NCBI GenBank assembly: GCA_963704705.1
Contig: OY969931.1
Span: 270,001 to 302,000 of the forward strand
Direction: 5' to 3'
DNA: 32,000 bases
Origin: an uncultured bacterium
GTDB lineage: Bacteria; Patescibacteriota; Gracilibacteria; UBA1369; PNNO01
The position numbers and the translations under genes are program-made. The notes under the pieces were generated by a model. The model was given only the letters and a program-made list of their open reading frames with translations. It did no database searches and was not told where the DNA came from. Below are positions 1 through 8,654 of the stretch, piece after piece (the first letter of the stretch is position 1; the number at the start of each line of letters is the position of its first letter).

Positions 1-293
1 GGAGTATTTGTAATTTTGATTCCGCGCTCTGTAGCAGCATCCAAATCAATATTATTAAAACCAACAGCATAATTTGAAATAACTTTTAACTGATCGCCCG
101 CAATATCCATAACTTCAGCATCCATTTTGTCATTTAATAAGCTTAAAATTCCATCACAGCCTTTTACTTTTTCAAGCAAAACATCGCGATCAACAACTTT
201 ATCATCAGGATTAACCTCAACATCGTATCCTTTGTCTTCAAGCATCTGTACGGCATTTCCGGGAATTTGGCGTGTTACGTATACTTTAGGCAT
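1..293 (-). CDS. 2-hydroxyacid dehydrogenase (glyoxylate/D-glycerate dehydrogenase-like), N-terminal part, runs off the left edge
   Basis: Manual reverse-strand translation from ATG at 293: MPKVYVTRQIPGNAVQMLEDKGYDVEVNPDDKVVDRDVLLEKVKGCDGILSLLNDKMDAEVMDIAGDQLKVISNYAVGFNNIDLDAATERGIKITNT, typical of the family N-terminus (YAVGFNNIDLDAATERGI). Confidence 0.85.
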   Translation of the reverse strand, partial: MPKVYVTRQIPGNAVQMLEDKGYDVEVNPDDKVVDRDVLLEKVKGCDGILSLLNDKMDAEVMDIAGDQLKVISNYAVGFNNIDLDAATERGIKITNT

Positions 294-1491
294 TGAGTCG
301 TGTGGTTATATAATTTTTAATACGTGAAAGTCCTTCTTTTATGTCTTCTTCAGTTGAAACATAAGAGAATCTTACAAAGTCATCTCCGAATTGGCCGAAT
401 ACAGTACCCGGCAAAATTAAAACATGCGCTTCTTTCATGATATCATCTGCAAGCTGAGGCGCATCGATTCCCCATTTATCGAGCAGTTCGCGAACATTCA
501 CCATTAAATAGAATGCTCCTTTTGGCGATTTGCAGCTGAACCCAGGAATATCATTCACTAATTCAACCATTAAATCGCGTCGTTTTTTATATTCATCCAG
601 CATTTCTTTAACGCGGTCTTGTGGGCCTGTCAGGGCTTCAAGAGCAGCATACTGCGCAATTGTATTTGTGCAGCTCACATCGTTTGTAGCCAGGCGCTCC
701 AAATAATGCATCATCTCTTTATTTTTTGTGAGGCCCCATCCTATTCTGTAGCCGGTCATTGCGTAAGTTTTTGAGCATCCGTTTAGCATAACTGTTCTTT
801 CAGGCATTCCTTCAATGCTCATTAAAGAATGATGCTCACCTTCATGCACCATTTGATCGTAGATTTCATCGCTTAGAACCCAAAGGTCGTGTTTTTTCGC
901 GATTTCAGCAATTTGTTCGATTAGTTCTTTTGTAAAAACACCTCCTGTTGGATTTTGAGGAGTGTTAATTATTATAAGTTTGGTTTTGTCAGTTATTTTT
1001 GATTCAAGATCTTCGGCTGTAAAATTAAAATCATTTTCTTCTTTTAGCTGAATCGGCACAACTACTCCTCCCAAATACTCAGTCACAGAGCCATAAATGG
1101 GATATGACGGATTAGGCACAATTACTTCATCTCCTTCATCAATCAAAGCCTGAATCATATAAAACATGATTGGCTTGCCACCCGGCACAACAACAACATC
1201 TTCAGCAACAAAAGGCTCACAACTGTATTTGCTGTAAAAGTCGGCAATGGCTTCTCGCAATTGAGGAATCCCCGGCGAAGGAGTGTAGTGCGTTTGATTA
1301 TCTTTAATTGCTTTGATTGCTGCTTCATTAATATTAGCCGGAGTATCAAAGCCGGGCTCACCTATTTGAAGATAAACAAGCGATTTGCCTTGTGGTTTTA
1401 GAACTTCGTTTTCAAATTTTTTGGCCTTGGTTATAACAGAGAATGCGTTTTCTGTTCCAAGGCGGGGCATTCTTTTTGCAAATGATTTCAT
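286..1491 (-). CDS. Class I/II PLP-dependent aminotransferase (aspartate aminotransferase-like)
   Basis: 401 aa with family motifs PGGKPIMFYMIQALIDEGDEVIVPNPSYPIY, INTPQNPTGGVFT, SDEIYDQM, NGCSKTYAMTGYRIGW (PLP lysine region) and DFVRFSY. Confidence 0.9.
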   Translation of the reverse strand: MKSFAKRMPRLGTENAFSVITKAKKFENEVLKPQGKSLVYLQIGEPGFDTPANINEAAIKAIKDNQTHYTPSPGIPQLREAIADFYSKYSCEPFVAEDVVVVPGGKPIMFYMIQALIDEGDEVIVPNPSYPIYGSVTEYLGGVVVPIQLKEENDFNFTAEDLESKITDKTKLIIINTPQNPTGGVFTKELIEQIAEIAKKHDLWVLSDEIYDQMVHEGEHHSLMSIEGMPERTVMLNGCSKTYAMTGYRIGWGLTKNKEMMHYLERLATNDVSCTNTIAQYAALEALTGPQDRVKEMLDEYKKRRDLMVELVNDIPGFSCKSPKGAFYLMVNVRELLDKWGIDAPQLADDIMKEAHVLILPGTVFGQFGDDFVRFSYVSTEEDIKEGLSRIKNYITTRLNA

Positions 1492-2435
1492 GATTTGCGT
1501 TGGATTACTTTTTTAGATTGTTGAATGATTTCTTTAGAAGTGATTCCATGTTTTTCCATAAGTTCGCGTGGTTGTCCTGATTCTCCAAAAGTGTCATTTA
1601 TTCCCACCATTTCAACCGGAACCGCATAGTTCTGAGCCAAAACTTCCATAACAGCGCTGCCCATTCCACCGGCCATCTGGTGTTCTTCAGCAGTTACAAC
1701 TGCGCCGGTTTTTTGCGCTGAAGCAATAATCGCGTCTTTATCAATAGGTTTGATTGTATGTAGATTTATAACTTCAGCTTCAATGCCTTCTTTTGCAAGT
1801 TCTTCAGCTGCATCTAGTGATTCTGCAACCATTGGTCCGCATGCAATAATTGTTACATCGCTGCCTTCTCTCATAATATTAGCTTTGCCAACCTCAAAAG
1901 GCGCATCTTCACCGGTTACAACCGGAACTTTTTCGCGACCGAATCTTATGTAAACAGGGCCATTAATTTTTTCCGCAGCAAGAACCGCTTTTTTGGTTTC
2001 GTAATAGTCACTTGGAACAATCACAGTCATTCCCGGCAAAACACGCATAATAGTAATTTCTTCCAAAGCCTGGTGTGTTGCACCATCAGGACCAACAGAA
2101 ATTCCGCCGTGTGCTCCGCCGAATTTAACATTAAGCTCCCCATAGCAAATTGAAGTTCTTATTTGTTCCCATGCTCGTCCGCTAACAAAAACTCCGTAAG
2201 TCGTAACAAAAGGCACAAGTCCTGTTAATGAAAGTCCGCCCGCAACATTTACCATATTTTGTTCTGCAATCCCCATGTCAAAAAATCGCTCGGGAAAGCG
2301 CTCTTTATATAAAGAAGTAAGAGTCGATTTAGCAAGGTCCGCATCAAGCACCACTATTTTTTCGTTTTTTTCGCCAAGTTCCAAAAGGGCATCAGCCCAC
2401 CCTTGGCGCGTCAACTTCATGTCGCGCGTCTGCAT
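1488..2435 (-). CDS. Transketolase, C-terminal subunit (Pyr + C domains)
   Basis: 315 aa; DADLAKST, ERFFDMGIAEQNMVNVAGGLSLTGLVPFVTTYGVF, GGISVGPDGATHQALEEITIMR. The start may be the internal Met at about 2420. Confidence 0.9.
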   Translation of the reverse strand: MQTRDMKLTRQGWADALLELGEKNEKIVVLDADLAKSTLTSLYKERFPERFFDMGIAEQNMVNVAGGLSLTGLVPFVTTYGVFVSGRAWEQIRTSICYGELNVKFGGAHGGISVGPDGATHQALEEITIMRVLPGMTVIVPSDYYETKKAVLAAEKINGPVYIRFGREKVPVVTGEDAPFEVGKANIMREGSDVTIIACGPMVAESLDAAEELAKEGIEAEVINLHTIKPIDKDAIIASAQKTGAVVTAEEHQMAGGMGSAVMEVLAQNYAVPVEMVGINDTFGESGQPRELMEKHGITSKEIIQQSKKVIQRKS

Positions 2436-3306
2436 TTTGGTCAGTGGTTAGTAATTGGTGAATTCTGTCTTCTGCTGCTTTAAGCTCTATAAGAGCAATT
2501 TTTAATTCTTCATCGTTCGGAGCTTTTCCATGCCATGCAACGTTATCTTCCATGTATGAAATTCCTTTTCCTTTTATTGTATTAGCAATTATAACTTTTG
2601 GCTTTCCGCTCATTGTGAGAGATTTATCAAAAGCTTCGTGAATCTGCCCGAAATCATGACCATCTTCAACAACAATCACATCCCAATTAAAACTTTTGAA
2701 TTTTTCATCAAGCGGATGAACCCCCATAATATCCTCAACATGTCCGTCTATTTGAAGTTTGTTGTAGTCAACTATTAAAGTAAGATTATCAATTTTATAG
2801 TGTGCCGCAGCCATAATCGCTTCCCAGCTCTGGCCTTCCTGTAAATCTCCTTCACTTGATAATGCCCACACTTTATTAGGCTTTTTTTGTGTTTTCAGAC
2901 CAAGTCCAACGCCAACCGCTATCGAAAGATTTTGACCAAGTGAACCACCTGACATTTCCATTCCAATTGGATGAAATCTTGAAGGATGCCCTTGCAAATT
3001 TGAGCCAAGCTTCCTAAATGTCATGAGCTCGGCAGGGTCAAAATAGCCTGTTCTGGCCAAAATTGAGTAAATCGCAGGAGTTATATGGCACTTACAAAAA
3101 ATCATAAAATCACGATCTTCCCATTTTACGTTTTCAGGATCGTGTTTTAAATATTCGTTAAATAAAGTAACTAAAATTTCCACAGCTGAAAGCGAGCCAC
3201 CCGGATGCCCGGAACCCGCAGCATTAACCATTTCAACGATATCTTTTCGCATTTGGTTTGCCTTAAGTAATCTATCTTTTTCTGAAAGTTTTATTGGATA
3301 TTCCAT
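2392..3306 (-). CDS. Transketolase, N-terminal subunit (ThDP-binding)
   Basis: 304 aa; GHPGGSLSAVEILVTLF, GSLGQNLSIAVGVGLG, WALSSEGDLQEGQSWEA, VDYNKLQIDG, TIKGKGISYMEDNVAWHGK. Ends in TGA. Confidence 0.9.
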   Translation of the reverse strand: MEYPIKLSEKDRLLKANQMRKDIVEMVNAAGSGHPGGSLSAVEILVTLFNEYLKHDPENVKWEDRDFMIFCKCHITPAIYSILARTGYFDPAELMTFRKLGSNLQGHPSRFHPIGMEMSGGSLGQNLSIAVGVGLGLKTQKKPNKVWALSSEGDLQEGQSWEAIMAAAHYKIDNLTLIVDYNKLQIDGHVEDIMGVHPLDEKFKSFNWDVIVVEDGHDFGQIHEAFDKSLTMSGKPKVIIANTIKGKGISYMEDNVAWHGKAPNDEELKIALIELKAAEDRIHQLLTTDQNADARHEVDAPRVG

Positions 3307-3458
3307 CTCGGTTACTTAAATTTCTGTGTGCAGGGTATTATATTAAATTTTCATTTGCAACAATTAAAAGCGTTTTTTTGTTGTTTAAATAGACAAAAAG
3401 TTGCTTAGTTAATAAATTTCAGACATAGATTTTGCATGAAAAAATATATCAACCTTTA

Positions 3459-3487
3459 TTGACAAGAGGGTATTGTTGGGTTATAGT
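3459..3487 (+). promoter_or_regulatory. Sigma70-like promoter for the 3513 ORF
   Basis: TTGACA (3459-3464), 17 bp spacer, TATAGT (3482-3487), 25 nt upstream of ATG 3513. Confidence 0.6.
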
Positions 3488-3512
3488 TTTTCCCAAAATT
3501 AATTAAATTGAT

Positions 3513-3851
3513 ATGTCTTTAGAATCAAATGAAGCCAGTGAAACATTAATAATATTTAATGAGGAAAGAAGAGCTTTTTTAGAATTGAAACTTGCAGAAT
3601 ACGGCTTAAGGCTGACGCAATCAGAAGGTCGCAAAACATCTCCGGGAACACTTTATAAATCAAAAATAATATCAAAACTTTTAACTGACGGAGAGGTTGA
3701 TTACGAGGAATTAAAAGAAGCCCTGTTGTCAGAATTAGGGGAGATAGATGAAGAAAGATATCAAAATGCTTTTTTTGTGATTAAAGCTTATAACGAAGGA
3801 AGGAATAACGAGCTGCTAACCAGAGAAGAATTAAAAATAATTACAGAATAA
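3513..3851 (+). CDS. Hypothetical protein, charged, about 112 aa
   Basis: Intact ORF with a good upstream promoter; RecX-like helical flavour only, no family confidently recognised. Confidence 0.6.
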   Translation: MSLESNEASETLIIFNEERRAFLELKLAEYGLRLTQSEGRKTSPGTLYKSKIISKLLTDGEVDYEELKEALLSELGEIDEERYQNAFFVIKAYNEGRNNELLTREELKIITE

Positions 3852-3853
3852 TC

Positions 3854-4054
3854 GAGTATATCTGATGTTAAGAACAATCTGACTGAGAGAAGCAGTAAAA
3901 CAGCTGGAAGCGGTTTTAGAGTTTGTTTTAAACTTGTCTCAAATATTCTAAACATCAGATACACTCTGGAATTTCCAATAGTCAGCTTCCAAGTTGTAGC
4001 ATAATCAATATAGTCTAAAAATCAATTACTCCAGCTGATTTTTCACGTTTTTTT
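3854..4054 (+). ncRNA. Candidate structured RNA or 3'UTR element followed by a terminator-like hairpin
   Basis: Inverted repeat GAGTATATCTGATGTT (3854-3869) / AACATCAGATACACTC (3951-3966), 15/16 paired. Internal arms GTTTTAGA/TCTAAAC. Downstream hairpin AAAAATCA(4017-4024)...TGATTTTT(4036-4043) followed by T7 at 4048-4054. No ORF. Confidence 0.35.
4017..4054 (+). terminator. Possible intrinsic terminator (weak A/T stem plus T7)
   Basis: 8-bp inverted repeat AAAAATCA/TGATTTTT with an 11-nt loop, then CACG and TTTTTTT. Confidence 0.4.
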
Positions 4055-4129
4055 CATATTTGTGGAAGCCAGGCAATATGTTGTATGGAATTTAATTTTC
4101 ATATATAATACCCTCCTTTATTTAGTCAC

Positions 4130-4984
4130 ATGGAAAAACAAGCTGTAATATTAATGGTTAATGATCGCGAAGCTTGCAATATGGAATGTACGCATTGCTA
4201 TCTACCTTATGAAGGGGTGAGAACTCCTGAAAATGTAGTTGAATTGGTTAAGAACTTAAAGGATAGATATCGCGTTGTAATAGCTGGCAGTGAAACTTTG
4301 GTTGATTTGGGATACCTGGAAGCATATGAAAAAGCAGGACAAAAATATATTTTAACAAATGGAGTTTTGTTGGCTCAAAAGCCGGAAATTTTTGATGAAT
4401 TAGAGAGGCATGGAATTGAAGAAATATGGTTGAGTCTTCATTTTGGTATTCAAAAAGATCTGCACAGCGTACCGGAAAAAATTATTAATGATGTTGTTTC
4501 GCAGGCAAAAGAAAAAGGATTTAAAGTCTGGATTACAGTGGTAATTTCACCTGAAAACTATAATCAGGTTAACGAAATGTGTGCAAAAGTGAAAAAAATG
4601 GGGGCAGACACTATTGGATTTTTAAAATATATAAAACTTGGATGTGCAAATGCAGAAGAAAGGGAAGTGCTTAAAGGTAAAGAAAGACAAGAATTTTTTG
4701 ATTTGGTTCAGCAAGCCCGCGATCAATATGCGAAAGATGATTTAAATATAGTCTTACATGGAAATTTCGGCCCAAGAAAAGGCTCAAAAGGCGAGCAACT
4801 TGCCCAACAAAACGAATTTTGCCATGCAGCTGAAAAGATTTTCGCAATTGATCCTGATGGAAATGTTTACGGATGTCCTTTTTTAATGAATGAACCAATT
4901 GGCAGACTTACAGATGATTTTAGGTTGGAGGTGTCCGAAGTGCTTTGTGAAGGACAGAGGCAAAAATGCCTTACGGATATGTGA
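4130..4984 (+). CDS. Radical SAM protein with partial SPASM/twitch-like C-terminus
   Basis: N-terminal CNMECTHC (CxxxCxxC); C-terminal cysteines in FCHAAEKIFAIDPDGNVYGCPFLMNEPIGRL...CEGQRQKC. Confidence 0.85.
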   Translation: MEKQAVILMVNDREACNMECTHCYLPYEGVRTPENVVELVKNLKDRYRVVIAGSETLVDLGYLEAYEKAGQKYILTNGVLLAQKPEIFDELERHGIEEIWLSLHFGIQKDLHSVPEKIINDVVSQAKEKGFKVWITVVISPENYNQVNEMCAKVKKMGADTIGFLKYIKLGCANAEEREVLKGKERQEFFDLVQQARDQYAKDDLNIVLHGNFGPRKGSKGEQLAQQNEFCHAAEKIFAIDPDGNVYGCPFLMNEPIGRLTDDFRLEVSEVLCEGQRQKCLTDM

Positions 4985-4992
4985 TTAGGATT

Positions 4993-6315
4993 TCAATTTA
5001 GCCTTTTCATCATTTTCTCACGATTTCCCGCATCTAGCTGAGCCTTATTATCCCTAATCTCTAATTCAATCTTTCCTTTTACAAATTTCCCTTCTTCAAT
5101 ATCCTGGCCAATGCTAAGGCCTGGGCCAATAATCGTATTCGAACCTATTTTTAAACCCGGATTAAAGCTTGTATTTATTCCAACCCTTATATTTTCGCCG
5201 CAAACGAGACCAAATTTATTGGTTCCTGTTCCCATTTTTTCGCTACCCACATTCAAACTGATTTCGCCTTCATCCAGGCGTAAGTTGCCGGTTACTGCGC
5301 CGCTTCCAAAACTAACATTTCTGCAAATTATACTGTCTCCGATGTAGTTAGTGTGAGTCCACACATCGCGGTCTAAATAAGAACGCGCAATCTCAGTTGA
5401 ATATCCAACAACGCTGCCTTCATTAACCATAGATCCGCGAACCAAAGCATTATTGGCAACAATCACTCCCTTACCTATATATGCAGGACCGCTAATAACA
5501 GCATTATCAAAAATCTTTGCACCGGCTTCAATAATCACATTACCTTTAATAACAGCGGTATCGGCAACAACAGCTTCTTCACTTATATCTGTATTCATGT
5601 TCTCAAAAAACCAGTCCATAACCTTGAACACATGCCACGGGTATTTAATCGGCTGCCAAAAGCCATCATACATCAGGGCTTTCATGCGGCTTCCATCCTT
5701 AATTAACTTATCCAATGCAACTTCGTAACGGTCGTCATTGTTTGACTCGGTTTGTTCAATAACCTTTACCAATTTGGCAGGGGATTTATGGCAATGGATA
5801 ACAATATTTACAAGATCGCTCGGTTCTTTGCCTTCACCCGGTTTTTCAATAATCGACTTAATCATGCCTTCATCATCAATCTCTAAGTAACCGCCCGGAA
5901 AATATTTTTCGACTTTCGCTCCTACAATCAGGCTTTCCGCGTCAGCTTTAAGCACTTCTTCCAAAACTAGAGTGTACGCTTTTTTATCAACAACATCATT
6001 GGCACTAACAATACAAACAGGCTCATCATCAAGGATATCTTTTGTTGCAAGTACTGCGCCCGCCATGCCTTCATCTAAATCTTTTTGTTCAACAACCTGA
6101 TATTTGATTTTGCCGAAATTATAATTTTTTGGAAGTTCGCTTAGCTTTTCAATATTGTGCTTTCCGCCGATCACAACAAAATCATCAAATCCGCTGTCCA
6201 TAAGCGCGTGAATCTGATGCACAATCAGCGGCTTCCCATTAAAAAGAAGGAAGTTTTTGTCAGGAATCGGTTGCATGCGTTTGCTACGTCCTGCAGCAAG
6301 CAGCAAAACTCGCAT
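4993..6315 (-). CDS. NDP-sugar pyrophosphorylase with left-handed beta-helix domain (GlmU-like; archaeal-type bifunctional sugar-1-P nucleotidylyltransferase/acyltransferase)
   Basis: MRVLLLAAGRSKRMQPIPDKNFLLFNGKPLIVHQI at the N-terminus; hexapeptide-like repeats and TNKFGLVCGENIRVGINTSFNPGLKIGSNTIIGPG at the C-terminus. Confidence 0.85.
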   Translation of the reverse strand: MRVLLLAAGRSKRMQPIPDKNFLLFNGKPLIVHQIHALMDSGFDDFVVIGGKHNIEKLSELPKNYNFGKIKYQVVEQKDLDEGMAGAVLATKDILDDEPVCIVSANDVVDKKAYTLVLEEVLKADAESLIVGAKVEKYFPGGYLEIDDEGMIKSIIEKPGEGKEPSDLVNIVIHCHKSPAKLVKVIEQTESNNDDRYEVALDKLIKDGSRMKALMYDGFWQPIKYPWHVFKVMDWFFENMNTDISEEAVVADTAVIKGNVIIEAGAKIFDNAVISGPAYIGKGVIVANNALVRGSMVNEGSVVGYSTEIARSYLDRDVWTHTNYIGDSIICRNVSFGSGAVTGNLRLDEGEISLNVGSEKMGTGTNKFGLVCGENIRVGINTSFNPGLKIGSNTIIGPGLSIGQDIEEGKFVKGKIELEIRDNKAQLDAGNREKMMKRLN

Positions 6316-6321
6316 ATTGTC

Positions 6322-7440
6322 TTATGTTAATATTTCAGGAAGTCTATTTTGATCGATTGCCTGGCGGATTTCAAGAGCAGTTCTCTCACCGTAACTTACA
6401 CTTTCGCCCCACAGATATCCGGTATAAGGCGTGAATCGGGTTCCAGGAGACCCCGGAATTCGCATACTTACATCAAAAATCACGATTTCTTCTTTGCCTG
6501 ATTCAGCTGTAACAGCTCCCTGCAGCGCAAAAGGTCCTATAATTCCCGGCGCTGTCTCTTTTTTGGTTAAAGCTACAAACTTTTCACCGATATCAAAAAT
6601 TTTCTCTAGAATTGATTCTTTTGTTGTTACTGCATAATGCCCGGTTTCAATTAATTTTGGCTTCACATATTTAAGAAGTTCGATTTGCTCAGGTGCAGGT
6701 AGTCTCAATAAGCCATCTAAATTTGTTTGTCTTCTTGTATCAGTTCCCATAAGCTCAAGTTCATCATCAATAACCGAATAAAAGAAGTTGCAGTTAACGT
6801 GCGCGCCAACAATATATTCTTCAATAACTGCGTTTTTAAGGGTTTCTTCTTTAATAATCCCGGCTTTAATAAGATCGCCTGATTTATTCTGATAATCAAC
6901 CGCATTGTTAGCAAGGAAGAATGCGCGTTCATATCCGCGCTCAGCCTCGTTAACCTTAACAATAGAAAGTCTGTCGATTTGTTCAGGACTATCAAAGATT
7001 TTCGGGATTCTTATGCCTGCTTTTTCTAATAAATAGTATTGGTTTTTTTCAACATCGCGCTCTTCGAGTTTAAGCATTTCGCGGGTTCCGTAAATCGGCA
7101 CCTTAAAGTCTTTTTCAATCTCTTCAAAATCACAATAAACCCAAAAATACCTATTGTGGATAAATATAGTGTTTCTTTTACGGAGTTCTTCCTGAACTTC
7201 CGGCTTCACAATATCCTTAAAATGATCAACCATAATCACATCATCAATGCATCCGCGACCATCAGGTCTCGATTTATAGTATTTTGAATAGGTTTTATCC
7301 CGGCCTTTCATACAAACCGCAAGTGTTTTAAAGCCGAGTTTTTTAGCGCCATGGCAAACATCAAGGGCACTGTGTCCGCCAAGAACGCCTATGGTTATAT
7401 TTTCGGTATCATATTTTTCGAGAATTTTTAAAATATCCAT
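6322..7440 (-). CDS. PurP-family ATP-grasp protein (formate-AICAR ligase-like), divergent paralog
   Basis: ENITIGVLGGHSALDVCHGAKKLGFKTLAVCMKGRDKTYSKYY; AVIEEYIVGAHVNCNFFYSVIDDELELMGTDTRRQTNLDGLLRLPA; GIIGPFALQGAV; IVIFDVSMRIPGSPG. Confidence 0.8.
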   Translation of the reverse strand: MDILKILEKYDTENITIGVLGGHSALDVCHGAKKLGFKTLAVCMKGRDKTYSKYYKSRPDGRGCIDDVIMVDHFKDIVKPEVQEELRKRNTIFIHNRYFWVYCDFEEIEKDFKVPIYGTREMLKLEERDVEKNQYYLLEKAGIRIPKIFDSPEQIDRLSIVKVNEAERGYERAFFLANNAVDYQNKSGDLIKAGIIKEETLKNAVIEEYIVGAHVNCNFFYSVIDDELELMGTDTRRQTNLDGLLRLPAPEQIELLKYVKPKLIETGHYAVTTKESILEKIFDIGEKFVALTKKETAPGIIGPFALQGAVTAESGKEEIVIFDVSMRIPGSPGTRFTPYTGYLWGESVSYGERTALEIRQAIDQNRLPEILT

Positions 7441-7493
7441 AAATAGTTATATTAAAAAAAGCGATCGCATTATAGCATAATTTATATTCATTC

Positions 7494-8510
7494 CTACCCT
7501 AACACTTCATCCAACCTATCTTCTTCAATTGCCTGCTTGATGTCGCGCGCCACACGGCGCCCAGTGCTCATCGGAACATCATATCTTAGCCAGGTGTAAG
7601 GCGATCCGTTAATAAAAGGGTTTGTTCCTGCAACAATTCTTGCAGAAATTTCAAAAACATAAAAGTTTAGATTTGGATCGATAATCGCTTCAAGGCAGAA
7701 TGGTCCGTACAAGCCTTTACCGGCAAGCTTACGTGATTCTTTTACTACGTTTTCTCCCATTTCAAATACCTGCGGTAAAATCGACTCCCGAATTACCAAT
7801 GGAATATTACCTGTAATTGTGTAAGAGGTGCGAACATCAGTATCCAACTGATCCTGAGCAGCGATTCGGCCAATTGAATCAGCATTTGATTCGTAACGTT
7901 TATCAAAACTCATAATCTCGAGCTCATCGTTAAGCGGAGAATAAAAATAGTGCGTATACATAGGAACTCCTACTATATATTCCTGCAAAACAAACTTTTC
8001 ATCACCAGGATAATCTTTAATCCCTTCATAAAAGTCATCGGTTGAATTTGCGATGAAATAGCCTTTTCCGCCTTGTGCTCCGTGGAATTTAACGATAACC
8101 GGCCTGTCGATATCTTCAGGTTTTTTGAAAATGCGTGGCATTTTACAACCAGCTGCCAAAAGCCATTCACGCTCTTTTACTCTGTCAGATTCATATTCAA
8201 GAATTCCTTTTGTTCCGTAATGCATTATTTTAAGCTCTTTCATTTTTTCAGGTCCGATATAAGTCACAAAAGACCCGTGCGGAACTAAAATAGCTTTTTC
8301 TTCATTTAATCTGTCCTGAAGGTTAAAAAAATCCTGAAAATTTTCAATCTCCAATATCTCATCTGCAACTTTGTAACTTTCATAAGGCTTTCTGCGTCCT
8401 TTCATGCAAATACAGATAGTCTTAAAACCCTCGTCTTTGGCTCCCTTAAGTATTTGAAGGGCACTGTGGCTGCCGAGTGTTGCTATTTTGTAATCCTGGA
8501 TATTTCCCAT
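7494..8510 (-). CDS. purP: PurP family: 5-formaminoimidazole-4-carboxamide-1-beta-D-ribofuranosyl 5'-monophosphate synthetase-like
   Basis: YKIATLGSHSALQILKGAKDEGFKTICICMKGRRKPY; VIVKFHGAQGGKGYFIANS; EYIVGVPMYTHYFYSPLNDELEIMSFDKRYESNADS; TGNIPLVIRESILPQVFEMGE; YGPFCLEAI. Closely resembles archaeal PurP as I recall it. Confidence 0.8.
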   Translation of the reverse strand: MGNIQDYKIATLGSHSALQILKGAKDEGFKTICICMKGRRKPYESYKVADEILEIENFQDFFNLQDRLNEEKAILVPHGSFVTYIGPEKMKELKIMHYGTKGILEYESDRVKEREWLLAAGCKMPRIFKKPEDIDRPVIVKFHGAQGGKGYFIANSTDDFYEGIKDYPGDEKFVLQEYIVGVPMYTHYFYSPLNDELEIMSFDKRYESNADSIGRIAAQDQLDTDVRTSYTITGNIPLVIRESILPQVFEMGENVVKESRKLAGKGLYGPFCLEAIIDPNLNFYVFEISARIVAGTNPFINGSPYTWLRYDVPMSTGRRVARDIKQAIEEDRLDEVLG

Positions 8511-8654
8511 ATTATAAAGAAAAACTTATTTTCGATATTATAATGATTATTTAATTGCTTGGCAATATAATTTTTTATTTGATTAAAATATCAATAAGTA
8601 TTAACATTTAAACGCTAGGGTTTCAAAAATCGGTTTATTTCATAACTTTACATT

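Noticed and set aside
3911-3951. GTTTTAGAGTTTGTTTTAAAC... resembling a Cas9-type CRISPR repeat start
   Set aside because: Only one copy, no spaced repeats and no cas genes in the window; treated as part of the inverted-repeat structure instead.
5111-5347. 78-aa plus-strand ORF (also 5453-5728)
   Set aside because: Antisense shadow ORFs of the hexapeptide-repeat coding region at 4993-6315; low-complexity translation, no independent signals.
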